Assembly (NCBI RefSeq): GCF_001194135.2
Contig: NC_068982.1
Coordinates: 173,013,333-173,077,332, forward strand
DNA from: Octopus bimaculoides
Taxonomy: Eukaryota
Length of the DNA stretch: 64,000 nucleotides
Reading direction: 5' to 3'
This document shows positions 27,745 to 42,219 of this stretch, in pieces. Both the position numbers and the translations under genes were made by a program. The notes beneath the pieces are model-generated. The model searched no databases. It was not told the DNA's origin and saw nothing but the letters and a program-made list of their open reading frames with translations. Position 1 is the first letter of the stretch; each line of letters begins with the position of its first letter.

Positions 27745-30700
27745 GTATGTACATCAGTAAGCTAATATGAATTTTCGTTTAATATTTTCATTTCACATGC
27801 ATATATATGGACTCGCATACAAAGCACATGTGCACGCAAAGTACATATGTGCATCTATGTGTATAAGTACATGCACGCACCTGCAAACAATTACATTTGC
27901 AGTATTATGGTTATGCTTGTCTCGTGTGCACACACACATGTACATTCACAGAGAAGGTCATGGTATTTCTGTGGAATATACCTTAGCCTGCTCTCTTTTT
28001 GTATCATATCCAAACTGATGCCGTCATAGAAAGTGAGATTAGAAACTGATGATGATGATGGATGATGCGATAGTGTCACTCTTCTGTCTCTTCCCCCCCC
28101 CCCCTTTTTACCTCTTCTACTTTCTTTGTGTCTTCAGTGTGCCCTCCCTATCGCATTTTCCTTCTGCATCCACTCTTTCATTTCCTTCTTTCTCTCTCTT
28201 GTTTACTGCTTCTTTTTAGTATAAAGGTTATGTGTGTTCATTCTATAGCTGCGTGCATGCATACACGTATGCTATACACATGCACTGTGTATGTGTGTGT
28301 GTGTGTGTTTTGGCTGATGCGTATGAAAATTCAGTATTATGTAGATAGCCCATAGCTGTGTTTCAGCTTTAATTTTAAACATACTTTAGGCATGCGCACG
28401 CACATACACACACACACACTTTACAAACAAACTTGTTTGCACATTCATTCAAAGAACACATAGACAGAATAAACCATGAACAAGCCCCTTTCTATGACTA
28501 GCCTTTAAGCATTTCATGTGAAGTGACTCATGACCAATTTTTGTGTTGTGACACAGCTAAGGATTTGGTCAAAATTAATTCTTTAGAACTAACACAGTCC
28601 ACTATGCATATGTTCCTGGGTCTAGTAGCAAATGTGAGCAAGCCAATAGTTATCTATTTACTATATTCTTTATACAAATAGTTATGTAATAGATGTACCT
28701 CTGTGAGCTGGCAGAATCTTTAGTATGCTGGGTAAAATGTTTAGCAGTATTTCGGCTGTCCTTACATTCTGAGTTCAAATTCCACCAAGGTTGACTTTGC
28801 CTTTCATCCTTTCCAAGTCAATAAAATAAATACTAGTTGAACACTGGGAGCTCAATGTAATCGACTTACCCCCTACCCCTAAATTACTGGCCTTTTGCCT
28901 GAATTTTAAACCATTTTTATTATTACTGTGGTGTTAGGAAGGGCATCCAGCTGTAGAAACTCTGCCAAATCAGATTGGAGCCTGGTGTAGCCATCTGGTT
29001 CACCAGTCCTCAGTCAAATCGTCCAACCCATGCTAGCATGGAAAGCAGACCTTAAACGATGATGATGATGACTATTATTATTCTTATCATCATCATCAAC
29101 AGAGTGGCAAGTTATTAAAGTATCAGAAAATATCTTGCAGTATTTGTTCCAATCCTTTACATTTTGCGATAGAATCCTATTGAGGTCAACTTTGCCCTTC
29201 ATCTGTTTAGGGCCGATATTCCCCTCAAAATTGCTAGACTTGTGTCTGAATTAGAACAAATTTTATCCCCTTCATCTTTTGTGTAAACCCTTACACAATT
29301 GTTAACTGTCTTTCTAAATGCATTCCTCATCTGATGTCCCTATGGCAATAAAAGAAATAATGATAGTAATAATAATAATGATAAATGGTTTCAGATTTTG
29401 ACACAAGGCTAACAGTTTCACGGGTGGGGGTACGTCAATCACATCGAGCCCCTGTGTTCAACAGGTGCTTATTTTATTGACCCTGGAAAGATGAAAGGTA
29501 AAGTCTAACTTGGTAGAATTTGAACTCAGAATGTAAAGACAGAAAAAATGCTGCTAAGCATCTTACCCGGCAAGCTAACAATTCTGCCACTTTGCCACCT
29601 CAATAGTAATGTTCAATATTATTATTATTATTATTATTGAGTGAGAGAGCAGTGCATGCCATCAAAGTGACAAAATATACAAAACCCAATATTACCCATC
29701 ATGACTACCTGTCTGATAAGGGTACACCAGGCACATGCATTGCAGCTATATGTGCACAACATAGTGATCTCATATCAAGGTAAACAGCACATGACTTTAC
29801 AAGTGGGGCCCAGTTAGAATTTTCTTCAGGTTGAGTAGCCCATGAATAAGGGTTGTTTAAGGACAAAACACCCATGTTTCCAAAGGTAAATTATCCAAAC
29901 CCCAAAGAATTCCTTTCAACACATGGCTATGATGCTCCCCCACTACAGCTTGTGATCAGAGATGCACATACCATCAGCCACTAAGGGACATGCTCAACTG
30001 GTTACGGTCAAACAACTGACAAGCAAATCTATGGTTTTAAGCAGACTATTTGTTGTAGCCTGTATTATTATTATTATTATTGGTGGTGGTGGTGGTGGTG
30101 GGAAAAGCAGCAAACTGGCTGAGTCATTGGCACATAGGACAAAATGCTTAGCAGTATTTCTTCCAGCTCTTTTTATTCTGAATACAAATCCTGTTCTGGT
30201 CAACTTTGCTTTTCATCCTTTCGGGGTCAATGAAGCAAGTACCAGATGAGCAATGGGGGTCATTTTAATTGACTGACACAGTCCCTTTAAAACCGCTGGA
30301 CTTGCATTAAAATTTGAAACTATCATTATTATTATTATTATTAAGGTGGTGAGCTGGCAGAATTGTTAGCATGCTGGATAGAATCCTTAGCTGTAATTCC
30401 GCCCATCGCCCCATTCTGAGTTCAAATTCTGCAGAGGTCGAGCCCGCCTTTCATCCTTTTGGGGTCGATAAAATAAGCACCAGTTGAACACTGGGGTCAA
30501 TGTGATCGACTCATCCCCTCCCCAAAATTGCTGCCCTTGTGGAAAAATTTGAAACTATTATTGTTGTTGTTGTTGTTGTTGTTAGCAATGAAAAAGCATG
30601 TCTAAGCTCCTGGCTGTCTGTACACGCAGTATGATTCTGATATCACATAGAGCCATTTTCACTTTGATACATGACGTTATCATTTTATGCATGTTTTTCC

Positions 30701-30842
30701 ATACTGAGATGGGTTGGATAGATCTTGCTACTCATCACATCCAATCATCTTCTGGTGCACACCGCAACAAAGAATAATAGTCACTTCTGTTGCACTAGAG
30801 AGTTTCCTTTCTAATGAGGTTAAAAGAATTCCTTTTACATTG

Positions 30843-30881
<39 letters not shown>

Positions 30882-32140
30882 NNNNNNNNNNNNNNNNNNN
30901 NNNNNNNNNNNNNNNNNNNNNNNNNNNNNNNNNNNNNNNNNNNNNNNNNNNNNNNNNNNNNNNNNNNNNNNNNNNNNNNNNNNNNNNNNNNNNNNNNNNN
31001 NNNNNNNNNNNNNNNTATATATATATATATATAGATATATGTGTGTGTGTGTGTGTATGTTACAAATTACTTACATATTTGGTCATATTATACTTAAAAG
31101 ACACTCAGGCCTGATATGCTACTATGAAATTATACAGAAATAACATAGAAACAGTCTCACATCATATACGCACACATACATATAGGCATTCACAGCAATG
31201 GCCTTAAATATGAAATGGGAACATTATAATAAATATATATATATATATATTTACATATATATGTATTTATAAGACATAGTGTAAGTGCTGACCCAGTTGT
31301 CTGATCAAATAGGCAGACTGTATATGTACATGTACAAGACGTGGAAGGGGGGGGGTGTTCTATTATTGGATTGGCATACATGCACACACACACATCGTAC
31401 ATGTAAACATATGAACATGCCCCAAGGGTGTGTATGTGTGTGCTATCATTAGGATTGCTAAAATGCATCAATCTCTAATGTCTGCCTGTTGATTGCTGAG
31501 AAATCATGTTTCATTGGTGTAGGAGGCAGCACTAGTAATGATAGTGGTGGTAGTAGTGGTAGTGGCGGTGGCAGTGTTACTGCTGCTACTAGGGAGAGCG
31601 GCCAGTTTTATAAACTCAGTGAAGCTGTGCAAATTACAATTATAATCTAGAATTATCCTCGTTCTAAGTGGATTATTGTCATGGTGGTTGTGGTTGTTGT
31701 TGCTCGTTTTCTTTCTTTCTTTTTTTGTTTGTTTGTTTGTTTGTTTGTTTGTTAGAGTCTGATGTAGAAGATATATGTCTTTATGCTTGCTTCAGTCATT
31801 GTATGGCAGCCATGCTTGTGCACTGCCTTGTATACTTACACTTATAAACCCTGCTGCTTATTTTAGCATTTTCATTTTACCGAACTACTACATTATGGGG
31901 ACATGAGCCAAGATCAGTTGAGTGAGGAAAGTAGGCAAACAGAAAGGTGTACACACATACACACACGTACATATGACAGACTTCCTTCAGTGTCCTTCTA
32001 CTAAATCCACTCACAAGGGTTTGGTCAGCTCAAGACTATAGTAGAAAACACCTGCCCAAGGTACCACACAATGGGACTGAACACAGAACCAAGTGGTTGG
32101 TAAACTTATCACCACACAGCCATGCCTGTACTTATATCAG

Positions 32141-32940
32141 ACGTGGCTATGTGGTAAGAAGCTTGCTTCACAACCACATGGTTCCGGTTTCAGTCCCACT
32201 GTGTGGCACCTTAGGCAAGTGTCTTCTACTATAACCTCGGGCTGACCAAAGCCTTATGAGTGGATTTGGTAGAAAGAAACTGAAAGAAAGCGGCGAGCTG
32301 GCAGAAACGTTAACTCGCCAGGCAAAATGCTTAACGGTATTTCGTCTGTCTTTACATTCTGAGTTCAAATTCCGCCAAGGTCGACTTTGCCTTTCATCCT
32401 TTCGGGGTCGATAAATTAAGTGCCAGTTCCTCACTGGGGTCGATGTAATCAACTTAATCCCTTTGTCTGTCTTTGTTTGTCCCCTCTGTTCAGCCCCTTG
32501 TGGGCAATAAAGGAATAAGAAACTGAAAGAAACCCATCGTATACGAACGGGATCGTTGCCGGTGCCCCTGGGCTGGCTCTTGTGCGGGTGACACATGAGG
32601 TTTCTCGAGCGAGATGAGCGTGGCCGTTGCCAGTACTGCCTGACTGGCCTTCGTGCGGGTGACACGTAAAAACACCCACTACACTCTCTGAGTGGTTGGC
32701 GTTAGGAAGGGCATCCAGCTGTAGAAACTCTGCCAAATCAGATTGGAGCCTGGTGTAGCCATCTGGTTTCACCAGTCCTCAGTCAAATCGTCCAACCCAT
32801 GCTAGCATGGAAAGCGGACGTTAAACGACGACGACGACATACATACATACATACATACATATAAAGTCCAAGGGTCAATTTCTTCAACTAAAAGCAGTGC
32901 TCTAGCATGGCCGCACTTAAATGACTGAAACGTGTAAAAG
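32141..32940 (+). mobile_element. Nested composite: SINE A interrupted by a SINE B variant (16-bp TSD) and by a family C element
   Basis: AAGAAACTGAAAGAAA is duplicated at 32274-32289 and 32517-32532 around SINE B. Family C at about 32545-32840 sits in the internal microsatellite; the SINE A tail resumes at about 32860. Confidence 0.85.
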
Positions 32941-34615
32941 AGTAATGAGTATATCAAAATAGTAGTAGTGGTGATGGTGGTTGTATAGCCAGAATGGCAG
33001 TAGTGTACCTCATCAAACCCATAGCAGTATTGAGCTTTGTTCTCTGTCAGCAAAATATAGGTTATCAGTCACATCACATATTGGTTTAGAAGTGTGTGGA
33101 GTAGAGTGTAAGGGTCAAATGAGTGCAGTTTCAACCACTCCCCCCCCCCCNNNNNNNNNNNNNNNNNNNNNNNNNNNNNNNNNNNCCCCCGCCGATTCTC
33201 TGCAAAGATGTGCATGGAAGAATCAAATAATGATTGAAATAATTATTGTCATTAACAAACTCCCACATATTTTCTGTGTTGGCTAGATCTTGATAAAACA
33301 CATACCAGCCATATGCTGGTACCCTCTTTCGTGAAGTACCAGATATGTAGCCAAGGTGGTGCTCCAGCATGGACCACAGTCCAATAACAACCCCCCCCCC
33401 CCAAGTAATAGAAGGTACCCTGCTTTTAAGTACCATTTATAGATATGGGTCATTTGTATAAACTCTGTCTTTCCTGAAGTGTCGGCCTTATGTTTGCATT
33501 CGTTACTTGCTGTGCTATCATTCATCAACTGAAGTTAAAAGTTCAACTCCTATTTGGGTTCAACTGTGATTTTTTTCTCCTTCCGGAAGAAAAATTTACC
33601 AGCTATGTTCAAGTACTGGCTATTGATTTAATTGCTTACACAGCTCTAGAGCCAATGTAAGGACCCATTATTGAATATTGTGTTGTAGAATCGACAAAGT
33701 ATCAGCCAAATTGCATTGTAATGTTTAGTTTGTTTCCTAAGGTAGCAAGCTGGCAGAATTGTTAGCACACCGGGCAGAAATGCCTAGCAGCATTTTATCT
33801 GTCTTTGCATTCCGAGTTCAATTTCTGCTAAGGTTAACTTTGCCTTTCATGCTTTTAGGGTTGATAAAATAAGTACCATTTGAGCACTGGGGTCAGTGTA
33901 ATTGACTGACTCCTCTTCCCAAAATCACTAGCTTTGTTCCAAAATTTGAAATCACTATTTAGTTATTTCCCTTTTAATGTTCAACATTCAAAATTCTGTA
34001 GTGTCAACTATGCTCCTCTCCTTGAGGATCTCTAAAATGAAGTACTAATCAAGTATTGGAGTCCAATGATTTGTTGTACTCTTCCCTAAAATTCATAACC
34101 TTGTACCTATTTTAGAAATTGTTATTGTCATGTTTATTTTGAAAAATTTAGTGTTACAGTTTGTTGTAAAGTAGCCCTGATTTGCTTGCATAGATTTGTG
34201 ATAAAGAATTACTCGGATAGCTTGCTGCCAACTACACAGAGTTTCAATACTCTCAGCCTGCTGCATAAGCAGATAGAAAATTCTTCAGTGGGGTCACCAC
34301 TAGTATTGCTAGATTGTGCAATATAGTAAAGAAGAATGTACTTAAAACCTCAACAACTGACTTCACTAGTTTAGCCACTCATTTCGGTGACTGTTAAAGA
34401 AAACTCATCCAAACTGATTTTGCTGGTGTATCTACTACCTACTTCAGTATATATATGCGTATAACATACACAGACACTCACACACATACTTGTATGTTTA
34501 TACATATATGTATGTAAACAGGTGCTGGTGTGGCTGTGTGGTAAGAAGTTAGCTTTGTAAGCTCATGGTCTCAGGCTCAGTCCAACTGTATGGCACCTTG
34601 GTGCAAATGTCTTCT

Positions 34616-35111
34616 GGGGAAATCCCCGCCTGCAGGCACAATTGCGCCCACAGGCTGGTATACTTACATGTACAAAATATAGTAAATTTTTTAATTATAA
34701 ACTTTATACAATACTCATATGCCTATTTGCGACATAAGTCGTGTTTCCACTACGACTTAAAACGGTTAGACTCAAACAGAAAATCGTCTGGCAATTGCCA
34801 TTTGGAAGGAAATTTTGTTTTCACTATAAAACATATCCCTTTGAAACCCAACTACGCTCTAGCTGAAAAATATAGAATGCCTCATAAGTAATGTAAACCT
34901 CCTAAATTCAGTGGTGACATTAATGAAGATGTTATGCATTAATTTAACGTTAAACTTATCTTTATTAATATGTCTCAAATTATACATAGATATATATACA
35001 AGATTTACACAAATATGAGAGTTAGAACTTGTGATCCACACACGGATTTTTTTTGGTTTTTTTTTTTTGGAAATGTTTGTCTGCTACACTAAAAAGTTTC
35101 CCCACCCCTGT
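34616..35111. mobile_element. Unclassified ~490-bp insertion splitting a family A SINE
   Basis: The SINE breaks at ..gtcttct (34615) and resumes at actataacc (35112). The insert has GGGGAAA (34616-34622) / TTTCCCC (35097-35103) and a GC-rich palindrome at 34628-34655. Confidence 0.5.
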
Positions 35112-35782
35112 ACTATAACCTCAGAAACTGAGAGAAGCTTGTCATGAGTGTGTGTGTTTTAGTGTCTGTGTTTGTTCCCAACAACTGCTCGACAATGGTT
35201 GTTGATGTGTTTACAGCCCTGTAAACTTAATGGTTTGGCCAAAAAGAGACCGATAGAATAAGTTTCATGCTTTAATAAATACAAGTCCTGGGGTCGATTT
35301 GTTTGATTAATATTCTTCGCAGCAGCAGCAGCAGTCTTATGACAAACAAGTAAAAGATAAAGGATAAATATACACGCATATGCAGGTGTATTTATGTAAA
35401 CAATGTATGTGATGATGCACATTCACATCAGCTCATGCATGTACTTACACTTGTGTGCATATACACATGTGCGATGTTTGTGTTACACGTAATTTGGCAG
35501 GGAGGGTGCTAGGCAACCAGTGTGCCATCTAAATGAAGAAATACATCAACTTCATTCTGAGAAAGATATTTTCTTGTGATGTAGCTGAGGGTTATTCAGT
35601 GCTTGTGGTTCAGCTCCTAGTATATATATATATATATATTCTTCCTTGCCCAACCTCATTCATTTCACCAACCTTCCCCTGTCTTATCATCACCTAGCCC
35701 TTGTTTTCTCCTTCTCCTCCATCTATTTTATTCACATCTCTTAATACCTATAAGGATACGGATATGCACACACACACTCGCT

Positions 35783-35818
<36 letters not shown>

Positions 35819-36134
35819 TAATCCTTTCACACACAAATTGAAGATAAGCTCTACTCTCATAGCACCTTTTAAAGGGTTGATAAATCATACACCAGACTTG
35901 TACTAACCATTGTCTGGTTTACAAACTTTGCAATGAACCAAAGTTAGCACACAAGACAAAATGTTTTGTGTCATTTCTTCAGACTTTACATTCTGAATTC
36001 CTCCGAGGTTAACTCTGCGTTACATCATTTTAAGAGTTGATCAAACGCATACCAGTTGGATTGATGTTATTATTGAACTCCTCCCTACAAAATTTCAGGC
36101 CTTCTGTTTCTTGTAGAAAGAATTACTAAGTAGT

Positions 36135-36625
36135 AGGCACAGGCGTGGCTGTGTGGCAAGAAGCTTGCTTCCCAACCACATGGTTCTGGGTTCAGTTCCA
36201 CTGTGTGGCACCTTGGGCAAGTATCTTCTACTAGCCCCAGGCTGACCAAAACCTTGTGAGTGGATTTGTTAGATGGAAACTGAAAAAGCCCGCCGTATAT
36301 ATATANNNNNNNNNNNNNNNNNNNNNNNNNNNNNNNNNNNNNNNNNNNNNNNNNNNNNNNNNNNNNNNNNNNNNNNNNNNNNNNNNNNNNNNNNNNNNNN
36401 NNNNNNNNNNNNNNNNNNNNNNNNNNNNTATATATATATATATATATATGTTTCTCCCCCTCCACTATCGCTTGACAACCGATGTTGGTGTGTTTGCGTC
36501 CCTGTAACTTAGTGGTTCAGCAAAAAGAGACCGATAGAATAAGTACTAGGGTCGATTTGTTTGACTAAAGGTCGTGCTCCAGCATGGCCACAGTCAAATG
36601 ACTGAAACTAGTAAACCAATAAAAG
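36135..36625 (+). mobile_element. SINE family A copy, gap in the internal microsatellite
   Basis: Same head, CORE-like segment and tail as the other family A copies. Confidence 0.8.
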
Positions 36626-36965
36626 TATCTTTATATTTAAAGCTGTGGCCTTTGGGTTCATTCTTATTGCTTTCTTAATTAATTAAAAATGTTTTCCAGA
36701 CCTTCGTTTAATTTTTTAGCTGTTCAGATCAACTGCAAGTGGGTTTTTTTTGCATATCTTGACCATTCACTTAATTTTTTTTTTTTGTTTCTTGGGCCCA
36801 AGAAGTAAGAATTGGCTCTGGCAGTGATAGTTCTCTGTAAGCTGGTTAGATGTGAGGTGCCACACTCTGCCTCCAGTCTTCTTTATAGATGAATACTGAA
36901 CTGTTTGTTTTTTTACTTTAAAGAGAAATGCTCTCTCTCTCTCTCTTTCTGTCTGTCTGTCTCTC

Positions 36966-37003
<38 letters not shown>

Positions 37004-38174
37004 CTGTTTTTTTGCTTTATGCCCAATATTACGTCTCCTTATCTTTCTGCATTCCTGCTTTCTTCTATAAGCGTTTGCCTGTTGATAGCAATAACAGTCC
37101 TACATAAACTCATGCGTGTGTGCATACACACATCAACAAGCACCCATTGAATATGTATGCATGTAAATCCAGTCACACACACACACACACACACACACAC
37201 ATAACACTAACCACGTCCACCCACTATAGCTATGTCATCTCTAGTGTCCCACATTTGCCTGCTGCACTTGTGTGCAACTAGCGCATTATTTTCTGTACAC
37301 TATTGTCACTCAGCAAACTCGCCATCCAACTACAGTGCATGCAGCACTCCATTAATGCACTTTGCATGCAGATCAGCTGTTTTGTTTGTGACCTGTATAT
37401 GCACTACTGATGACTCAGCACATATGCACACGCACTTCCAGGAATTTCACTGGCACAAAACACTGCACTCACACATCACCATATAATCCACATTGCACCG
37501 TAATCACACACACAAACACATTTAAATACTGTACTTGCATGCAACACCATGCACATATCATTTGTATACTGTACTCGTACAGAGCTTCAGAACACTATAC
37601 ACCTCTTCAAGCATGCTTACTCACCTGTAGATATATGTTGTTTCTCATTCTAATTCAGTATCAGTCTCTTATGTGTGTGTGTGTGTCTTTGCATTTACAT
37701 ATATCTGTGTGTAGGGATAACTGAAGGGCAAAGAGAACAAAAGCCATTTGAATCTCATTCTGTATTCAGCTCTGTTTATTATCAGCTATAGACGTAAGAC
37801 ATTGCCAAAGTCTGTGTCTTTTTATTTGCATTTCATTCCGTTCCCAGCGAAAAGCCTCCGTTAGTTCCACCCTCCAGAGATTTCTCTTAGTGTATGATGT
37901 TTAGAATAAACTGCTATCATGTCTTATTTTTGGGTGCAGAATGTTTGATGTATTATTCTACATTAATTTAGACTACTCAACTGTCTTCTGTCTTACCCTA
38001 AGGATTATTGTCCCTCTTTGACCACCCTTAAAAAAATAGGTCCCTTAGTTCATAGGAAGTGTCCAAGCTTGTTATAAATTCCTACTCTGACATATCAGGT
38101 TCTTTTTCTTTTGTTCATGAGCTTAGTATGTGGGTAAGAGTACTTTGAAATATAACATTCTTTGTATTTTTTTT

Positions 38175-38374
38175 TTTTATTGTATTTGTTTCAGTCATTT
38201 GACTGTGGCCATGCTGGAGCACCACTTTTAGTCATACAAAGCAACCTTAGGACTTATTCTTTGTAAGCCTAGTACTTATTCTATTGGTCTCTTTGTCCAA
38301 ACCTCTAAGTTATGGGGATGTAAACACACCAACATCGGTTGTCAAGTGATAGTGGGGACACAAACACAGACACA

Positions 38375-38426
<52 letters not shown>

Positions 38427-38594
38427 TATATATATATATAACGGGCTTTTTTCAGTTTCCGTCTGCCAGATCCACTCACAAGACTGTGGTCAGCCCGAGG
38501 CTATAGTACAAGACATTTGCCCAAGGTGCCACGCTGTGGGACTGAACCCGGAACCATGTGGTTGGTAAGCAAGCTACTTACCACATAGCCACTC
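38175..38594 (-). mobile_element. SINE family A, complete ungapped copy
   Basis: Head to tail colinear with the 19380-20030 copy; internal (CA)n(AT)n tract. Confidence 0.8.
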
Positions 38595-38765
38595 TAGTGC
38601 ATTCCTGTACATTCTCTATCATTTTAGTAGTTCAGTCACTGCACTGTGGCCATGCTAAAGCAACACTAGAGATCTGGTCAGTCATGTCGATGCATCCACT
38701 CCACTAATGCATTTCAGTTCACTAATTATTTTGACTTAGTTACGTCTTTCAACACTCCACCAGTC

Positions 38766-38806
<41 letters not shown>

Positions 38807-38949
38807 GCACACTGATATTCATGAATATAGTCATGATCCTAACAGTTGAACTTCAAATAGATAAAGCTATAAGTAAAAGCATGCAAATACTGTGGTTCAT
38901 AAAAAATTTTTAAAAAACCTTGGATAAATTAAGTTAAAGGCTCCAAACA

Positions 38950-38986
<37 letters not shown>

Positions 38987-39288
38987 GGGCTTCTGTACAG
39001 TTTTTATCTATCAAAATTCACTTAGAAAGGCAGTTTTCAATGGTACTATGCACTGAACTAGACACCTCCACCTATATATGCATGTGCACACAGGTGTTAG
39101 TGGCCAAGCACAGCCTTAGCACAATTACTAAGATCAGTTAGTGGGTGTGTAGATGTACATATATATATTTTTGTTTCCCTGATTATAATAAAGGAGAATA
39201 TGGGGGTGTATTCCTTGAGCATGGGTTGATTTAGATTAAAACTCTCACAGGTTTATATCAATGATAGTAGCCACATATGTATATAATG

Positions 39289-39321
<33 letters not shown>

Positions 39322-39804
39322 ATAGATTAGATAGATAGATAGATGGATGTGATAGCATGCAGTACATACACACACAAACTCAAACACGCACACACACACA
39401 TATGCATTACATTTTGTGTGTCTGTGTGAATGTTTGATAAATTTATGTGTGTAAGTATGAAACAGAGAAGGGCTTGGCTATTTTCTCACTCTCAATAAGA
39501 ATTGGCCTTGTGCCTGAATCAAAAGAAATCACTATTATGGTGATTGTGGAACAAAGAAAAGGAATAAACAAGAACAACATAAAAATAGAACAAGCCAGCT
39601 TTGTTTTATTTAGTTCAATGAAGTTTTTGCCACTCTTACATACTGGTCATACATATATATATATACACCCACTACTGCTGACATTACTACACATGTGTAT
39701 GTGTGTGTGATATCCACTCTACTCAACACGTGTATGGAATCCTCATTTGAACCGTAGCTGTCCCAGTTCTGTACTGATTTATCCCATTATCATTATCCTG
39801 ACAT

Positions 39805-40110
39805 CCCAGTGGTTATGACGATGAGGGTTCCAGTTGATCCGATCGACGGAACATCCTGTTTGTGAAATTAACGTGCAAGTAGCTGAATACTCCACAGATA
39901 CATGTACCTTCAGTGTAGCTCTCAGGGAGATTCAGCATGACACAGAGTGTGACAAGGCAGGCCTTTTGAATTACAGGCACAGTGCATTTTTGCTAGTTGA
40001 GTGGACTGGAGCAACATGAAATAAAGTGTCTTGCTCAAGGACACAACGCCTTGCTGGGAATTGAACACACAATCTTATGATCATGAGCCTTTTACCACTA
40101 AGCCACGTGC
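39805..40110 (-). mobile_element. Older, internally deleted copy of SINE family D
   Basis: Shares gagggttccag..gatccgatc..tgtgaaattaacgtgcaagt..ttgaattacaggcaca with 18182-18569. Confidence 0.75.
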
Positions 40111-40135
40111 CTTCATACTGATTGTTATATACATG

Positions 40136-40182
<47 letters not shown>

Positions 40183-40904
40183 NNNNNNNNNNNNNNNNNN
40201 NNNNNNNNNNNNNNNNNNNNNNNNNNNNNNNNNNNNNNNNNNNNNNNNNNNNNNNNNNNNNNNNNNNNNNNNNNNNNNNNNNNNNNNNNNNNNNNNNNNN
40301 NNNNNNNNNNNNNNNNNNNNNNNNNNNNNNNNNNNNNNNNNNNNNNNNNNNNNNNNNNNNNNNNNNNNNNNNNNNNNNNNNNNNNNNNNNNNNNNNNNNN
40401 NNNNNNNNNNNNNNNNNNNNNNNNNNNNNNNNNNNNNNNNNNNNNNNNNNNNNNNNNNNNNNNNNNNNNNNNNNNNNNNNNNNNNNNNNNNNNNNNNNNN
40501 NNNNNNNNNNNNNNNNNNNNNNNNNNNNNNNNNNNNNNNNNNNNNNNNNNNNNNNNNNNNNNNNNNNNNNNNNNNNNNNNNNNNNNNNNNNNNNNNNNNN
40601 NNNNNNNNNNNNNNNNNNNNNNNNNNNNNNNNNNNNNNNNNNNNNNNNNNNNNNNNNNNNNNNNNNNNNNNNNNNNNNNNNNNNNNNNNNNNNNNNNNNN
40701 NNNNNNNNNNNNNNNNNNNNNNNNNNNNNNNNNNNNNNNNNNNNNNNNNNNNNNNNNNNNNNNNNNNNNNNNNNNNNNNNNNNNNNNNNNNNNNNNNNNN
40801 NNNNNNNNNNNNNNNNNNNNNNNNNNNNNNNNNNNNNNNNNNNNNNNNNNNNNNNNNNNNNNNNNNNNNNNNNNNNNNNNNNNNNNNNNNNNNNNNNNNN
40901 NNNN
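40183..40904. other. Assembly gap (largest of about 11 N-runs)
   Basis: Other N-runs near 1822, 17120, 19600, 24900, 30883, 33151, 36307, 49963, 50761 and 55699; most abut microsatellites. Confidence 0.99.
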
Positions 40905-42183
40905 CAAGGACTCAGCAGGTAGTAGATGTTATGATTTTATATGAATTAAACTGATGAAGAAAACAGATTTCACACATTCTTACAATGCATACAATATTAG
41001 TTTTACCTACATCCCCCCCCCAAAAAAAAGATCTACATAATTATAATGAGTACAGTAGGTGTATGTAAAATGTGTGTGTGTGTGTGTGTATGTAAGTGAA
41101 ATTGTTTCAGTATACATGCGAAAATATGTGGGTCTAGCGATACAATTTTGTCTTTGTACATGTGTTAATGTTGTAGGGTTGTGTGACTTGCACTCACATT
41201 CAAATGTAGCGGCATCAAAATATATGGTGTTTGTCTGTAGAGTAATATATATGTATAGTTCCAAGTTCAGGAGACCCAGAACTACATGCATTATCCAGTG
41301 CCTTCGTTTTTTTGAGGCTGTTGATGTAATGCAATAAAGATTTGACTGCTATTTCTAACCATTTGAGCAACCATGAGATGTTCTCACATTAACTTAAAGG
41401 TGTGTGTATGTTTCTATATGTGTATTTGTGTATGCATATATGTATATGAATGTATGGAAAAGTGGATGTTAAAAAATAATGGTTGTGATGATGATGATGA
41501 TGATGATTATGTATGTATGCATGTATGTATGTATGTATGTATAGATACATGTAATTGTGTATTTATGGAAGTATGTTTGTTATGTGGTGTGAAAGGGTTA
41601 CAGTGTATATATGCATGTGTTGTGTTGTTTTCTTGTATATGTGAGAACATATGTGATTCAGAATACATAACATTGTGTGTGTGTGTATGTATATAAGTTA
41701 ATGCGATAGTGACATGTCTATGTGTAGTGGGAGAATTTGTATTTTATGCATATGAGAGTTAGTGTGTGGGTGAGTAGGTGTGTGTATACATGCATAAATT
41801 TGATGAGCATGTGTGTATATTTTTGAGCGGCCAAGTTTCACTGTGTGAAAGCAAATTTCCATGTGTGTGTGTGTGTGTGTTGGAGTTAATGTATGTTTGA
41901 ATCTGGTATGTGTGTGTGTACCAGGAGATGGGAGTTCTCTATTTAACCTGAAGTGATTCCTGATCCAACAGACTTTATGACGACAGGCATTCCAACATGA
42001 CCATCCTGTTAAAGATGGTGGAATGGATTGTCAGTGATTTTTGAGGGAAACTTGACCACTATTTCTAGCAGGTTGATGTCCATTGTGTGTGTATGTTTAT
42101 TGATGTTATCTGTAACCTTTTAAAAAAAACTACATCAAGAGCTTTTAAGTAATCAAATATCATTTACTTTTCTTTCAGTAAGT

Positions 42184-42219
<36 letters not shown>

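Noticed and set aside
40031-40954. 200-320 aa ORFs containing X runs (also near 17.0, 19.6, 24.8, 30.8, 36.2 and 50.2-51.3 kb)
   Set aside because: They stay open only because they cross N gaps and dinucleotide repeats.
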